Below, piece after piece: positions 63,491 through 64,000 of a stretch of 64,000 bases of DNA. Source of the stretch: Octopus sinensis (Eukaryota); the NCBI RefSeq assembly GCF_006345805.1, contig NC_043001.1:84754001-84818000 (forward strand), read 5' to 3'. The notes beneath the pieces are model-generated. The model was not told the origin of the DNA. It saw only the letters and a list, made by a program, of their open reading frames with translations, and searched no databases. The translations under genes were made by a program, and so were the position numbers. Numbering within the stretch: position 1 is the first letter of the stretch; the number at the start of each line of letters is the position of its first letter.

Positions 63491-64000
63491 TATTTAAAGG
63501 CTTTTTTAAAATCTACTCGGTTTAAACCCACTACAGTAATATCTGTGGGCGTCTAGCGCATTTCGCATTTTACCCCTTTGCAAGCCATTCGAACCAAAAT
63601 TGATTAATACTCGCTAACGTTCATCATACATATATTGACTTACGAATGCTCAGACTGGGTTTCCGCCACATCAATCTCAAGAGTGTAACGGGAGATACAA
63701 AGGTCGATGGCCTCACTCCCATCTAGTAACTTACAGAAATAAAAGTGTTTGAAGACACAGACAATCATTATTTTCTGGCGCTTTATATATTTTATTTGCT
63801 GTAATATGTTAGTAAATAACATGAAAGATCAATTGTTGATGTAGATTTTATCAAGTAATATACGAACAATATTTCATAACTTTGTGTATAGGAATTATTT
63901 CATTCAATACAGCAATATGTTAGAAACATTATTTAAAACAATTCTTCTGTCAATATCTAATTTTATGTCTGTGTGTATATATGTGTGTATACCATGCAGC

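Overview
AT-rich, microsatellite- and transposon-dense eukaryotic DNA. It is most consistent with an octopus (coleoid cephalopod) genome, inferred from the S-crystallin gene and the SINE families. One host protein-coding gene can be assembled by hand: a six-exon S-crystallin / sigma-class GST-like gene on the + strand (7501-27808, 669 nt CDS, 222 aa). Its 51-nt symmetric Cys/His-rich fourth exon (18930-18980) is missed by the ORF track. The rest is repeat landscape: three tRNA-derived SINE families, a 5'-truncated but almost intact CR1-like LINE (50.2-52.5 kb), a decayed Helitron plus non-autonomous Helitrons, mariner/Tc1/Tc2 remnants and MITEs, RTE fragments, and Penelope-like (PLE) remnants. 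The PLE termini carry minimal hammerhead-ribozyme motifs, in one case downstream of a tRNA-like Pol III promoter. There is also a ~1.8 kb tandem duplication with hierarchical triplet repeats in intron 1 and a recurring set of fold-back (palindromic) structures. Almost all long ORFs in the supplied track are microsatellite read-throughs. Repeat boundaries are approximate unless a TSD or TIR is quoted. No database searches were run, and family assignments rest on recognised motifs.
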